Below are positions 47,618-56,745 of a DNA stretch of 64,000 bases, piece after piece. The stretch comes from an uncultured Chloroflexia bacterium (GTDB lineage: Bacteria > Chloroflexota > Anaerolineae > Anaerolineales > E44-bin32): positions 450,249 through 514,248 of the forward strand of contig CAWDZQ010000004.1 of the NCBI GenBank assembly GCA_963807065.1, given 5' to 3'. The first letter of the stretch is position 1. Each line of letters begins with the position of its first letter. The translations under genes were made by a program, and so were the position numbers. Below the pieces are notes generated by a model. The model was not told the DNA's origin, did not search any database, and saw only the letters and a program-made list of their open reading frames with translations.

Positions 47618-48406
47618 ATGAGTCTTCACATTCTTCTGACCAACGACGATGGCGTCCAGGCTCCTGGCTTGCTTGCGCTTGCACAGAGTTTGACGAAGGT
47701 CGGCACCGTGACCGTCCTTGCTCCCGACCGCAATTGGTCGGCCTCGGGACACGTCAAGACCATGCACCGTCCGCTCAGGGCCTGGACCACACAGCTGGCC
47801 GACGGATCGCCGGCCATGGCTTGTGACGGGGCTCCTTCGGATTGTGTGGCGCTTGGATTGTTGGGGTTGGTCTCCCCGCAGGTGGATATGGTGATCTCTG
47901 GAATCAATCCGTCCGCCAACCTGGGGCACGACGTGACCTACAGTGGCACCGTCACCGCCGCCATGGAGGCCGCCATAGCCGGCATCCCAGGGATCGCTGT
48001 GTCTTTGGAGTCCCATGACGAGCACGGCGGTCACGTCGATTACAGCGCTGCGGCAGAAATCGCCCGACAGGTGGCCATGCAGGTCGAGGCCGACGGCCTG
48101 CCGCAGGGCGTCTTTCTCAACGTTAACGTACCGCATCTCGCCCTGGGAAAGCTGCGCGGCCTAAGCGTCACCCGACAGGGACTGAGTGTCTACCGCGACG
48201 CCCTCGTCGAACGCCGTGATCCGCGCGGCGCGCCCTATTATTGGATCGGTGGCGAAGCCCCATCCGGCGTCGCCGAGCCGGGCACAGATTTCTGGGCGCT
48301 CCAGCAAGGCCTGGTTTCGGTGACACCCCTCCAGCTCGATCTCACCGCCATCGATCACATCTCCGACTTCGAAGACTGGCAGTTGAGCGTGGCCGGCGAT
48401 GCCTAG
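47618..48406 (+). CDS. surE: 5'/3'-nucleotidase SurE
   Basis: Start MSLHILLTNDDGVQAPGL (SurE signature) with AAGGA upstream. The track ORF from 47495 is over-extended. Confidence 0.9.
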   Translation: MSLHILLTNDDGVQAPGLLALAQSLTKVGTVTVLAPDRNWSASGHVKTMHRPLRAWTTQLADGSPAMACDGAPSDCVALGLLGLVSPQVDMVISGINPSANLGHDVTYSGTVTAAMEAAIAGIPGIAVSLESHDEHGGHVDYSAAAEIARQVAMQVEADGLPQGVFLNVNVPHLALGKLRGLSVTRQGLSVYRDALVERRDPRGAPYYWIGGEAPSGVAEPGTDFWALQQGLVSVTPLQLDLTAIDHISDFEDWQLSVAGDA

Positions 48407-48454
48407 GAGTGCCGGGGTTTGCCCCGACTATCCAATCCGATTAGAATTTAGCCT

Positions 48455-50458
48455 ATGAGCCTAGAACCAGGGTCCGTACTCCACGATCGATATCGAATTG
48501 ACGGTCAGTTGGGCAAAGGCGGGATGGGGGCCGTCTTCTTGGCATTTGACGAGACCCTGCAGATCAAGGTCGCCCTCAAAGAGAATCTCAACCTAAATCC
48601 CGAATCGGAGCGCCAATTTCACCGAGAGGCCTCGCTGTTGGCCAGCCTGCGCCACCCCAACTTGCCCCGGGTGACCGACCATTTCATCCTCGAAGGCCGC
48701 CAATACCTGGTCATGGACTACGTCGAAGGAGAGGACCTGCACACCAGGGCTCGACGCGAGCCCCCGTCGCCGCCGGAGGTGCTGCGCTGGGCGGACGCCG
48801 TATGCGATGCGCTCGTCTACCTGCACTCGCGTAAACCACCCGTCATCCACCGCGACATCAAGCCGTCGAACATCAAAGTTCAGCCAGACGGCAACGTGGT
48901 GCTGGTGGACTTCGGCCTCGCCAAGGTTTTCGATCACCAGCAGACGACCACCGGCGCTCGGGGTCTGACGCCGGGCTTTTCGCCTCCCGAGCAGTATGGG
49001 AGCGGCCGAACAGATGCACGTAGCGACCAGTATGCACTCGCCGCCACGATGTACAACCTCCTCACAGGTACAGCTCCCACCGACAGCATTGAGCGCATGA
49101 TGGGCAATGAGGAGCTGAAGCCGGCAACGGCATTCAACCCCGCTGTCCCACCTAATGTCGAGGCATGCCTGGAACGCGCCCTATCGATTTCGCAGGATCA
49201 GCGTTTCCCCGATGTGGCCGCCTTCCAAGCCGCGCTCAAGGGCATGGGCACCTCGCCCACCCTACGCGCCGATCTGCCGACCATGCAGAAGAAACCAGCC
49301 CGGCGGCCGGCTTGGCTCTGGTTTGGGTTGGCCGGCGCGGCGCTTTTGGGAATCGTGGTGATCGGTGGGGGTTTGGCCCTGGCTCTGGCCGGCGGCCTGC
49401 CCGCAGCGTTGATGGGGCCGGCCACCGCCACCCAGACTGAGGTGGTGGTCGTCAATTCTTCGCCCACCCCGGCGCCCGATACGGCGACGCCCCAACCCAC
49501 GGTTCCGCCTACCGAATCCGGCTCACCCACGCCTGCCCCCACGGAAACACCGACCCAGGTGCCGATTGTGATCGGCGGCGGCGGGCGCATCGCCTTCGTC
49601 AGCGATCGAGGCGACGGGAGTGCGCTCCAGATCTGGACCATGAATCCCGACGGCAGCCAGCCAAAACAAGTCACGTTCGGCCCCGGGGACAAGCATCAGC
49701 CGCGCTGGTCGCCGGACGGCCAACGGATCCTTTACGTCGCACCCGGAGGGCGCGATGACTTCGGCAACAACCTGGGGCAGGACATCTGGATTATCAACGT
49801 CGATGGCACCCACAACGAGGACATCACCCATCAGGCCGGTGATGACGTCGACCCGGCCTGGTCTCCGGATGGTCACTTGATCGCCTTCACCAGCAACCGC
49901 ATCAACAATCTAGATCAGGTCTTTCTGCTCAATACGAGCTGCCTCAGCGGCGAACCCAGTGCCTGCTGGACCGTCAAGCCAACCAATCTCTCCGCCGGAT
50001 TTGCCGTTGAATCATTTCCGGCTTGGTCGCCCGATGGAAACCAAATCGCCGTGTCATCCTCGATCAATGGGGCGCCAGGCCGCATCTACATTCATAACCC
50101 CCGGCCGGGTGAACCGGTCCTCTTCGATCGCACCAACCACATCATTGGGGCTCAAAACCTCGACTGGGCACCCGACAACACCGGCATCCTGTTCGCCTGG
50201 ATCCAACCCACGATGAATGAGATCTGGCTGGCACGTCTTTCGGACCACGGCGCCAGCCCCCTCAAGCTCACCAACAGCCTGGGAAACAAAGAGCCTGCCT
50301 ATTCTTATGATGGACAGTGGATCGCCTTCACGTCAACCCGGGATCAGAACCCCGAAATCTACACCATGACCGCGAATGGCTCAAACCAGACAAACATCTC
50401 GAATTCGCCCGGCAGCCGTGATATCGAACCCGACTGGCAACCCCCGCTTCAACCTTAA
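48455..50458 (+). CDS. Ser/Thr protein kinase with TM segment, Pro/Thr linker and TolB-like (PD40) beta-propeller
   Basis: Hanks motifs GKGGMGAV, VALK, HRDIKPSN, DFGLAK and SPPE. C-terminal repeats of the type P.WSPDG..I.F.S. The -10 TAGAAT ends 7 nt before the ATG (leaderless candidate). Confidence 0.9.
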   Translation: MSLEPGSVLHDRYRIDGQLGKGGMGAVFLAFDETLQIKVALKENLNLNPESERQFHREASLLASLRHPNLPRVTDHFILEGRQYLVMDYVEGEDLHTRARREPPSPPEVLRWADAVCDALVYLHSRKPPVIHRDIKPSNIKVQPDGNVVLVDFGLAKVFDHQQTTTGARGLTPGFSPPEQYGSGRTDARSDQYALAATMYNLLTGTAPTDSIERMMGNEELKPATAFNPAVPPNVEACLERALSISQDQRFPDVAAFQAALKGMGTSPTLRADLPTMQKKPARRPAWLWFGLAGAALLGIVVIGGGLALALAGGLPAALMGPATATQTEVVVVNSSPTPAPDTATPQPTVPPTESGSPTPAPTETPTQVPIVIGGGGRIAFVSDRGDGSALQIWTMNPDGSQPKQVTFGPGDKHQPRWSPDGQRILYVAPGGRDDFGNNLGQDIWIINVDGTHNEDITHQAGDDVDPAWSPDGHLIAFTSNRINNLDQVFLLNTSCLSGEPSACWTVKPTNLSAGFAVESFPAWSPDGNQIAVSSSINGAPGRIYIHNPRPGEPVLFDRTNHIIGAQNLDWAPDNTGILFAWIQPTMNEIWLARLSDHGASPLKLTNSLGNKEPAYSYDGQWIAFTSTRDQNPEIYTMTANGSNQTNISNSPGSRDIEPDWQPPLQP

Positions 50459-50538
50459 GAGACATCAATTTAAGAAATGTAGCTCAGGCCGGTCAGCTCC
50501 GTGCCTGGTGCGCCGTTTGCACCTCGTCGTATGGTGCG

Positions 50539-53469
50539 TCAACGGGAAACATCAAAGGTGATTTCTTCGGTCGAGGATTGATTCCCAACCCCGTCGAACG
50601 CATGCACGATCAGCGTATGGGCCCCTAAGGCGGTTGGCCGCCAAGAGAAGCTGAACGGGGGGGCGGTGAAGGAGGCAACATTCTCACCGTCGATCTCGAA
50701 GGCAACTCGCGCGATATGGTGCGCGTCCGAGGCCTCGCTTTCGATGACGACACGGCCCTGGTCATCCACTGTCAGCGTCTGTCCGGCCGTGGGTGATATC
50801 ACCGACACGTGAGGCGGAAGGTTGTCCAGTGTAAGGGGTAAAGCATCCGTTCTGACCTGCCCGTCGGTTCCCACCACCTGCAACTGCACCGTATAGAGAC
50901 CATTCAATCCACGCGTATCCCACGTACCCAGGACCCCACTCGATGTGGGTTGAGGCTGGTCTTCGCCGATCTGCACCCACTGGTCAGGATTGAGCCCCTT
51001 GCCATATTGAAGCCTGTAGAATTGAAAACCGGCGGCTCTGGCTGAGCCGCGAAGTTGGACCTCATCTCCCACCACGGCGAACAGGGCTGGGGAACTCAGG
51101 TGCACTTGCTTGTCGACAGGCCGATTGGCATCGACAGGGTCATATTCTTGAGGCGGTTGATCAATACCGGCCGACCGCGCCCAGTCGAGGCCCTCGGGTG
51201 GAGGCACCAGGTAGACCTTTTCTTCCACCTGGTCGAGCGGCGTGAAGAGCGTGGCCAATTTTCCTGTTTCCACGTCAACCTTGAATGGTTGATATAGGTT
51301 GTCGGTCGCTGTCGGCTCTGTTCCCTGGATGAACACTTCCTTGACCACCTGTGGGCAATATTGGGTCGGAAGCAAGCCCGAAGGGTCGCAAACATCCACC
51401 TGGCTCATCCCCGCCGGTAGCTCCCAATCCGATGCGGCCTGGTCTCGGCTGGCGTACTGCACCACGGCCCGCCATATCGGGGCTGCCCCATTGGTCCGAT
51501 TCACATGCTGCATGGGGGTCAGATCTTCGTTTCCGATCCAGACTCCGACCATCAGCTCGGGCGTGTATCCGACAGCCCAACTCCCGCTTGCCTCAGGATC
51601 CACCGACGCGATGGCGGCAGCGGGGCGGCCAACGTCAAGCACATTTGCCTGTCCCAGCGTTGGCCACCGCGCCGCATCATCACTGAGCACGTTGTTCACA
51701 AGGTACGCCAGCTGTGGGCTGACCACCGATCGGGAGCTTGAACTTTCCTGGAAGGTGGTGCGCCCATACACATCCTCCACCCGCATGATGACCCCCGAGG
51801 AGAGTTGGCCGGCACCGGAATCCGCCCTTGGGGCCGCGACCCCGGTCATCGCCCCGCTGTCTGCCAAGACGCCGTAGGCGGTTCCCAGGCCGATCAAGCT
51901 GGCGTCGCCGCTCAGCCGCGCTCCCTGTGGGTCCGCCGCGACCGTTCCTGGAGCTTCGAGTCCCATCTGACGCGCCGTTCTTTGAACGTTGTCTGGCCCG
52001 ACCAGCATCAGGGTGCGCACGGCGGCCGCCAAATAAACGTTCGCCAGTGCCGTCCGCATGCGGACGGGCCCGTGGTATGCCTGACCGGTCGCCCCCGATG
52101 GGGCCACGTCTGGTGGCAGATCCAAGATCATGCTTCCGGGCGCATAGCCCCGCGCAAATGCTGTCAGGTAGATCAACGGGCTAAGGATCTGGCCGGCGGG
52201 GTGACGCGTCACGCCCGCACCCTCGGAGCCCGGAAGGTTGGCGAGGGCGAGCAGCTCTCCATGGGCTGGATCCATGATGACCACCGCTCCTGCCTGCACA
52301 TCGTGATCGACATTGGAATCACTTGGCCGAACCGGAGGCAGGAACCCGGCAGCCAGGCAAGGTGCTTGCCCGTCCGCCAGAGCTGTGTGCCCGGGCGGTT
52401 CGCCGGACAATCTCGCTAAGTGCGTCTCAAGTGTGCACTCCGCCTGCAGCTGCAGATCATAGTCCACCGACGTGATGATGCGGATACCGCCCCTGCTTAC
52501 GGCATCGGAACCGAAGGTCTGGGAGAATCTGTCCTGGATCAAGCTGCTTAGATCGGCGCGGGCGCCTCCTGGAGCGAGGACCGGTTGGGAGGCGAAGCTG
52601 AGGATCTCAGCTTGTGCGACGGACGCCTGACGCTGGTTGATGTAGCCCCGTTTCAGCATCTCCAGTAGGACCCTCCCCTGATTGCGCCTGGCGTCCTCAG
52701 GCGCCAGGGCAGGGTTGGCCTCAGGGTTGCTCGGGATACCAGCCAAGAGGGCGCTCTCTGCCAGGTCAAGATCATGGGCATGTTTGCCAAAGTAAACCAA
52801 CGCCGCAGCATCCGCTCCGGATGTCATCGATCCGAAGTTGGCACTGTTCAGATACCAGGTCAGGATCTGCTCTTTGTCAAATCGCGCTTCCAACCGTTCG
52901 CCCAGCAGTGCCAAGCGAAAATCGCGCTTGAGGCTCCGATCCGCGTAGCTTTGGAGGGGAAGCAATGTTGATGCGGCCAACTGCTCGGGCAACGAGAGCG
53001 ATGTTTGTTTGGAAGCAAAGGGGAGCATGTCCTGAACCAAGCGCAGACCCAGGCGGGCTGGTGTGACCGCCGGGGCGTCCCAGAATTGTGGATCCTGGTC
53101 GGCGAGAATAGCCTGGATCAACACCTGTGGAGCGGCGTTGCGATCTGCCGGATCCAGGCTGACCCACTCCCGCTCACTGGCCGCGGGATTCTCCCATACA
53201 GCCAGGACGTGCTCGCCGCTGCGGTCGTACAGCTCTATCGGCGTGAAGCTCGGGTTCGAGGGAGAACCGAAGAAGATCGGAACATCTTCGACCGCCGGTA
53301 CAGCCTGAGCAAAATCCAAGTAGAGGTAGGCCATGCCGGCCGACAAACTGCCGATGGCCAACGTGATCAGCACGGCACCCGCCAGGAGAATGCCTGCCCA
53401 GGCATTCCAACCTGAAGCCTTATGAAGGCTGCGCCGGCGCGCTCTTGCAACTGCGGTAGCGGAGGGCAT
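50539..53469 (-). CDS. Class-A penicillin-binding-protein homolog (GT51-like plus transpeptidase-like plus C-terminal Ig-like domains) with degenerate catalytic motifs
   Basis: 976 aa. TM anchor and GT51 fold markers (KEQILTWYLN, RRNQGRVL). Transpeptidase fold marker AVVIMDPAHGELLAL. SxxK, SxN and KTG are not found, and the EDxxF Glu reads QDPQF. Confidence 0.7.
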   Translation of the reverse strand: MPSATAVARARRRSLHKASGWNAWAGILLAGAVLITLAIGSLSAGMAYLYLDFAQAVPAVEDVPIFFGSPSNPSFTPIELYDRSGEHVLAVWENPAASEREWVSLDPADRNAAPQVLIQAILADQDPQFWDAPAVTPARLGLRLVQDMLPFASKQTSLSLPEQLAASTLLPLQSYADRSLKRDFRLALLGERLEARFDKEQILTWYLNSANFGSMTSGADAAALVYFGKHAHDLDLAESALLAGIPSNPEANPALAPEDARRNQGRVLLEMLKRGYINQRQASVAQAEILSFASQPVLAPGGARADLSSLIQDRFSQTFGSDAVSRGGIRIITSVDYDLQLQAECTLETHLARLSGEPPGHTALADGQAPCLAAGFLPPVRPSDSNVDHDVQAGAVVIMDPAHGELLALANLPGSEGAGVTRHPAGQILSPLIYLTAFARGYAPGSMILDLPPDVAPSGATGQAYHGPVRMRTALANVYLAAAVRTLMLVGPDNVQRTARQMGLEAPGTVAADPQGARLSGDASLIGLGTAYGVLADSGAMTGVAAPRADSGAGQLSSGVIMRVEDVYGRTTFQESSSSRSVVSPQLAYLVNNVLSDDAARWPTLGQANVLDVGRPAAAIASVDPEASGSWAVGYTPELMVGVWIGNEDLTPMQHVNRTNGAAPIWRAVVQYASRDQAASDWELPAGMSQVDVCDPSGLLPTQYCPQVVKEVFIQGTEPTATDNLYQPFKVDVETGKLATLFTPLDQVEEKVYLVPPPEGLDWARSAGIDQPPQEYDPVDANRPVDKQVHLSSPALFAVVGDEVQLRGSARAAGFQFYRLQYGKGLNPDQWVQIGEDQPQPTSSGVLGTWDTRGLNGLYTVQLQVVGTDGQVRTDALPLTLDNLPPHVSVISPTAGQTLTVDDQGRVVIESEASDAHHIARVAFEIDGENVASFTAPPFSFSWRPTALGAHTLIVHAFDGVGNQSSTEEITFDVSR

Positions 53470-53561
53470 GAATCGCTATTCTACCTGTATGTCTGCTCGG
53501 TGATCCACGTCAGTCACGTGCAAGTCATATGCCCGCCGCGGGGAAGCCGGAGGGACTGAAA

Positions 53562-53570
53562 TGCTACAAT
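53562..53570 (+). promoter_or_regulatory. Extended -10 element upstream of lipB
   Basis: TGcTACAAT, about 220 nt upstream of the lipB start. The -35 is weak. Confidence 0.35.
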
Positions 53571-53790
53571 GCGATCGCATGAGTGGATATTCGGACCATC
53601 AAAGCGTCTTGGACAGCAACCCTGCCACCTTGCGGCATCCCGGGGTGGGTCGCCCTGCACATTGGCCGACGGACTGCTGGATCGGCAATCCCCCTGATTC
53701 CTGGATGCCGCTTCGCTCGCCTCTCACCTGCATGCTTTACAGAAGTCATGAACGGTCCGAAGACCATGCATCAGGGGATTGGGTCTGAAG

Positions 53791-54642
53791 ATGTCCGATC
53801 CATCACCAAGCACGGCATCATGCGAGTTCACCTTCCTGGGCCGTGTCGATTATGCCGTTACGTGGCAGATGCAGAATGACCTGGCGGCTGAAATCGTCCG
53901 AGGTCGACGGCCCCCCACACTGCTCTTGGTGGAGCACCCTCATACATTCACGTTCGGCCGGTCAGGCCACCGGGAAAACCTCCTGTGGAACGACCAACAA
54001 CTCCAGGAAAATGAGGTCGCCGTTCACTGGGTGGACCGAGGCGGAGACATCACCTATCACGGGCCCGGGCAATTGGTGGGTTACCCACTCTTGCCTCTGG
54101 GACGCGTCGACGACGACGGTTACCTGCCCAAGGCGGATTATGTAGGATATGTGCGCCGGCTCGAAACCACGCTGATTCGGGCCTTCGCCACGCTCGGCCT
54201 GGTGACCGGCCAGGTCGAGGGCCTGACTGGCGTATGGATCCAGCCCGACGTTGCCTCCCGCTGCCCCCATTGTCCACCGGCGGCGCGCCACATGCCGAGC
54301 AAACTGGCCGCAATCGGTGTCAAGGTCGACGTGCATGGCGTCAGCCGGCATGGTTTCGCAGTCAACGTCGATCCCGATATGTCCTATTGGCGCGGCATCA
54401 TCCCATGTGGCCTTCCCGATCACCCGGTCGTTTCCCTCGCCGAACTGATGTGGACTCCACCGTCCTTCGGGACCGTCACCGATGCCCTGGTGGCTGCCTT
54501 CGGTGAAGTTTTCGGATATCAGATGTCTCCAACTTCCCTGCGCCTACCCCAGAGCGACCGGCCCCCGGGTGAGCCGGGCCGTCAGCCGTCCCGGGACGAC
54601 AAGGCACAGATGTTGCACGGGTCTCCTCGGGGCAGCGAATAG
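53791..54642 (+). CDS. lipB: Lipoyl(octanoyl) transferase LipB with ~55-aa C-terminal tail
   Basis: Motifs VEHPHTFTFGR, RGGDITYHGPGQLVGYP, KLAAIGVKV and IIPCGL. Start is ATG 53791 or TTG 53779. Confidence 0.85.
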   Translation: MSDPSPSTASCEFTFLGRVDYAVTWQMQNDLAAEIVRGRRPPTLLLVEHPHTFTFGRSGHRENLLWNDQQLQENEVAVHWVDRGGDITYHGPGQLVGYPLLPLGRVDDDGYLPKADYVGYVRRLETTLIRAFATLGLVTGQVEGLTGVWIQPDVASRCPHCPPAARHMPSKLAAIGVKVDVHGVSRHGFAVNVDPDMSYWRGIIPCGLPDHPVVSLAELMWTPPSFGTVTDALVAAFGEVFGYQMSPTSLRLPQSDRPPGEPGRQPSRDDKAQMLHGSPRGSE

Positions 54643-54650
54643 CGGAGGCG

Positions 54651-55643
54651 ATGATGAAGACCCTGCTTTCAATCGACGGTGGAGGCATTCGCGGCATCAT
54701 TCCGCTTGTGTGTCTGGTGCGGTTGGAATCGCATCTTGGCGGGCCTTGCCACGAGATCTTCGATATGATCGGCGGGACGTCGACGGGCGCCGTCATTGCC
54801 GCGGGCCTGTCTCTAGGCGTCAGCGCCCGGGGTCTGTTGGCCCTCTACAAGCGGTTTGCCCAGGAAGCGTTCCATCGCCTGCCGTGGTGGCAGATCCTTT
54901 ACAGCTTGGGCAACCATCGCTACAGCAACGATTTTGTGGCCTCGACGCTGGACGAAATTGGCGCCGATCTTCCTATCAACAGCCTGCCGAACGACATCTT
55001 GATTACCGCAAAGAACACCCACACCGGCCGCACGGATTTCTTCGTTCGCGATCATCCCGGCGCCAACGCTTCGCAGTGGGGCAAGCTGTCTCTCAAGGAT
55101 GCCGTTCTGGCCAGCATCGCCGCCCCGACCTACTTCCCCGCTCACAGCGTCACCGTTTCAGGGGTCGAACACACCTGGGTGGACGGCGGCGTCGGCGTGG
55201 CCGGCAACCCCTGCTACCAGGTGGCTGTGGAGGCGCTCCACTACTCGGGCGGCGCGTATCCCGAGGGCGATACTCGCCTTTACGCCTTTGGCACGGGACG
55301 CGCGCCCCACGCGATCGATGCCGAACGCGCTTCATTCTTGGGGTGGGCCTTGTGGACGCTGGATGAGATTCTGGACGACGCCGCCGAATGGCAAACCTAT
55401 GTCACCCGCCAGGAGTACAACCGGACCGGCCGGCTGGCTTTCCGGCGCTACCAGATCGATCTGGCGCAAGACGTTATGCGCGAGCTTGGCGTGGATGTTC
55501 CGGATGGAACCGACGTCGGCAAACTTGGACTCGACGCCGTCTGGGCGGTGGATCTGCTGGAGCAAATCGGCCGGGCCTTCGCCAACAAGATCGACTTTGA
55601 TGCCGCAGACGGCTTCCAGCTTACGACCAAGACAGGCTGGTAG
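54651..55643 (+). CDS. Patatin-like phospholipase
   Basis: DGGGIRG oxyanion motif, GGTSTGA nucleophile elbow, catalytic Asp in VDGGVGVAGNP. GGAGG RBS lies within 10 nt of the lipB stop. Confidence 0.85.
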   Translation: MMKTLLSIDGGGIRGIIPLVCLVRLESHLGGPCHEIFDMIGGTSTGAVIAAGLSLGVSARGLLALYKRFAQEAFHRLPWWQILYSLGNHRYSNDFVASTLDEIGADLPINSLPNDILITAKNTHTGRTDFFVRDHPGANASQWGKLSLKDAVLASIAAPTYFPAHSVTVSGVEHTWVDGGVGVAGNPCYQVAVEALHYSGGAYPEGDTRLYAFGTGRAPHAIDAERASFLGWALWTLDEILDDAAEWQTYVTRQEYNRTGRLAFRRYQIDLAQDVMRELGVDVPDGTDVGKLGLDAVWAVDLLEQIGRAFANKIDFDAADGFQLTTKTGW

Positions 55644-55654
55644 GCGGGCCCCCC

Positions 55655-56624
55655 TCACTCGTCGTCGGGGGAGTCCTTCCCCAAGACCAACTCGATCTCC
55701 TCGAGCACATCTCCGCTGAGCTTGTCCGGCACGCTCGACGCCTCCAGATTCTGTTTGAGCTGGGAGGGTCTTGTGGCGCCTGTGATGACGCTCGTAAGCT
55801 GAGGCACTCTCAAGAGCCAACCAATGGCCAACTGGGCCATGCTGACGCCCAGCCTGTCGGCGATGGCCGAGAGCTTGGTGACCTTCAGCAGTCTGGCCTC
55901 GGTGAGGACCTCTTTCGCCCACGCCTTGTCCCTCCCTAAGCGAGAATCGTCAGGGACCCCCTGATTGTACTTTCCCGACAACAGCCCGAATTCGAGCGGA
56001 ACTCCAGGAGACCATCCCGAAACCCAACTCTTCCGCAGCTGGCGCCAGTTCATCTTCGAGACGTCGCCGTACCAGCATGTTGTAGTGCGGCTGCTCGACC
56101 ATCGGCGGATACAGATTCCACTGCCTGGCCACCTTATGGGCATTGACGATTTGCGAAGCGCGCCACTCGGATGTCCCCCAATACAAGACCTTCCCTTGGT
56201 GAACCAGGTCGTCCATTGCTCGCACGATTTCTTCCATTGGCGTGTCGGGGTCAAAGCGATGACAGAAATAGAGATCAAGATAGTCGGTCCCCAGCCGTTT
56301 GAGCGAAGCGTGGATCGACTCGCTGATGTGCTTGCGGGAAAGGCCTCTGCCGTTAGGGCCCTCCATCGTCTTCCAGAAGACCTTGCTCGAAATCACCAGG
56401 CTCTCGCGCGGCAGATCCTTGATGGCCTTCCCCATGACCTCCTCGGCCTGGCCCTTGGCGTAGACATCGGCATTGTCAAAGTAGTTGACGCCTTGCTCGT
56501 AAGCGAGGTGAACGAGCGAGGATGCCGTCTCTTCATCGATTTGGTCACCGAAGGTAACCCACGCCCCCAGGGCAATCTCGCTGATCTTCAGGCCGGTGCG
56601 GCCCATGCGACGATAGTTCATCAT
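55655..56624 (-). pseudogene. Aldo/keto reductase (Kv-beta/YajO-like) gene interrupted by a +1 frameshift
   Basis: ORF 55950..56624 (MMNYRRMGRTGLKISEIALG...ELGFGMVSWS) continues in ORF 55655..56278 (PLEFGLLSGKYNQG...) if one T of the TT at 55999-56000 (minus strand) is removed. Confidence 0.75.
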
Positions 56625-56745
56625 CCGCTCCGTTCGAGTCGGTTCATCCGGTACCTCAGAATTATATCGAGCGCCAGGGACGGTTGTTCCTTCATGCTAT
56701 ACTGCTTCAGATTAACCCACCTCCGGCGGAGGTTCCCCCTCTCAA

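Noticed and set aside
53561-53879. Short ORFs (53561..53788, 53583..53879, 53564..53767) in the PBP/lipB divergent spacer.
   Set aside because: They overlap each other on both strands and have no RBS or motifs. The region is better explained as promoters plus a structured leader.
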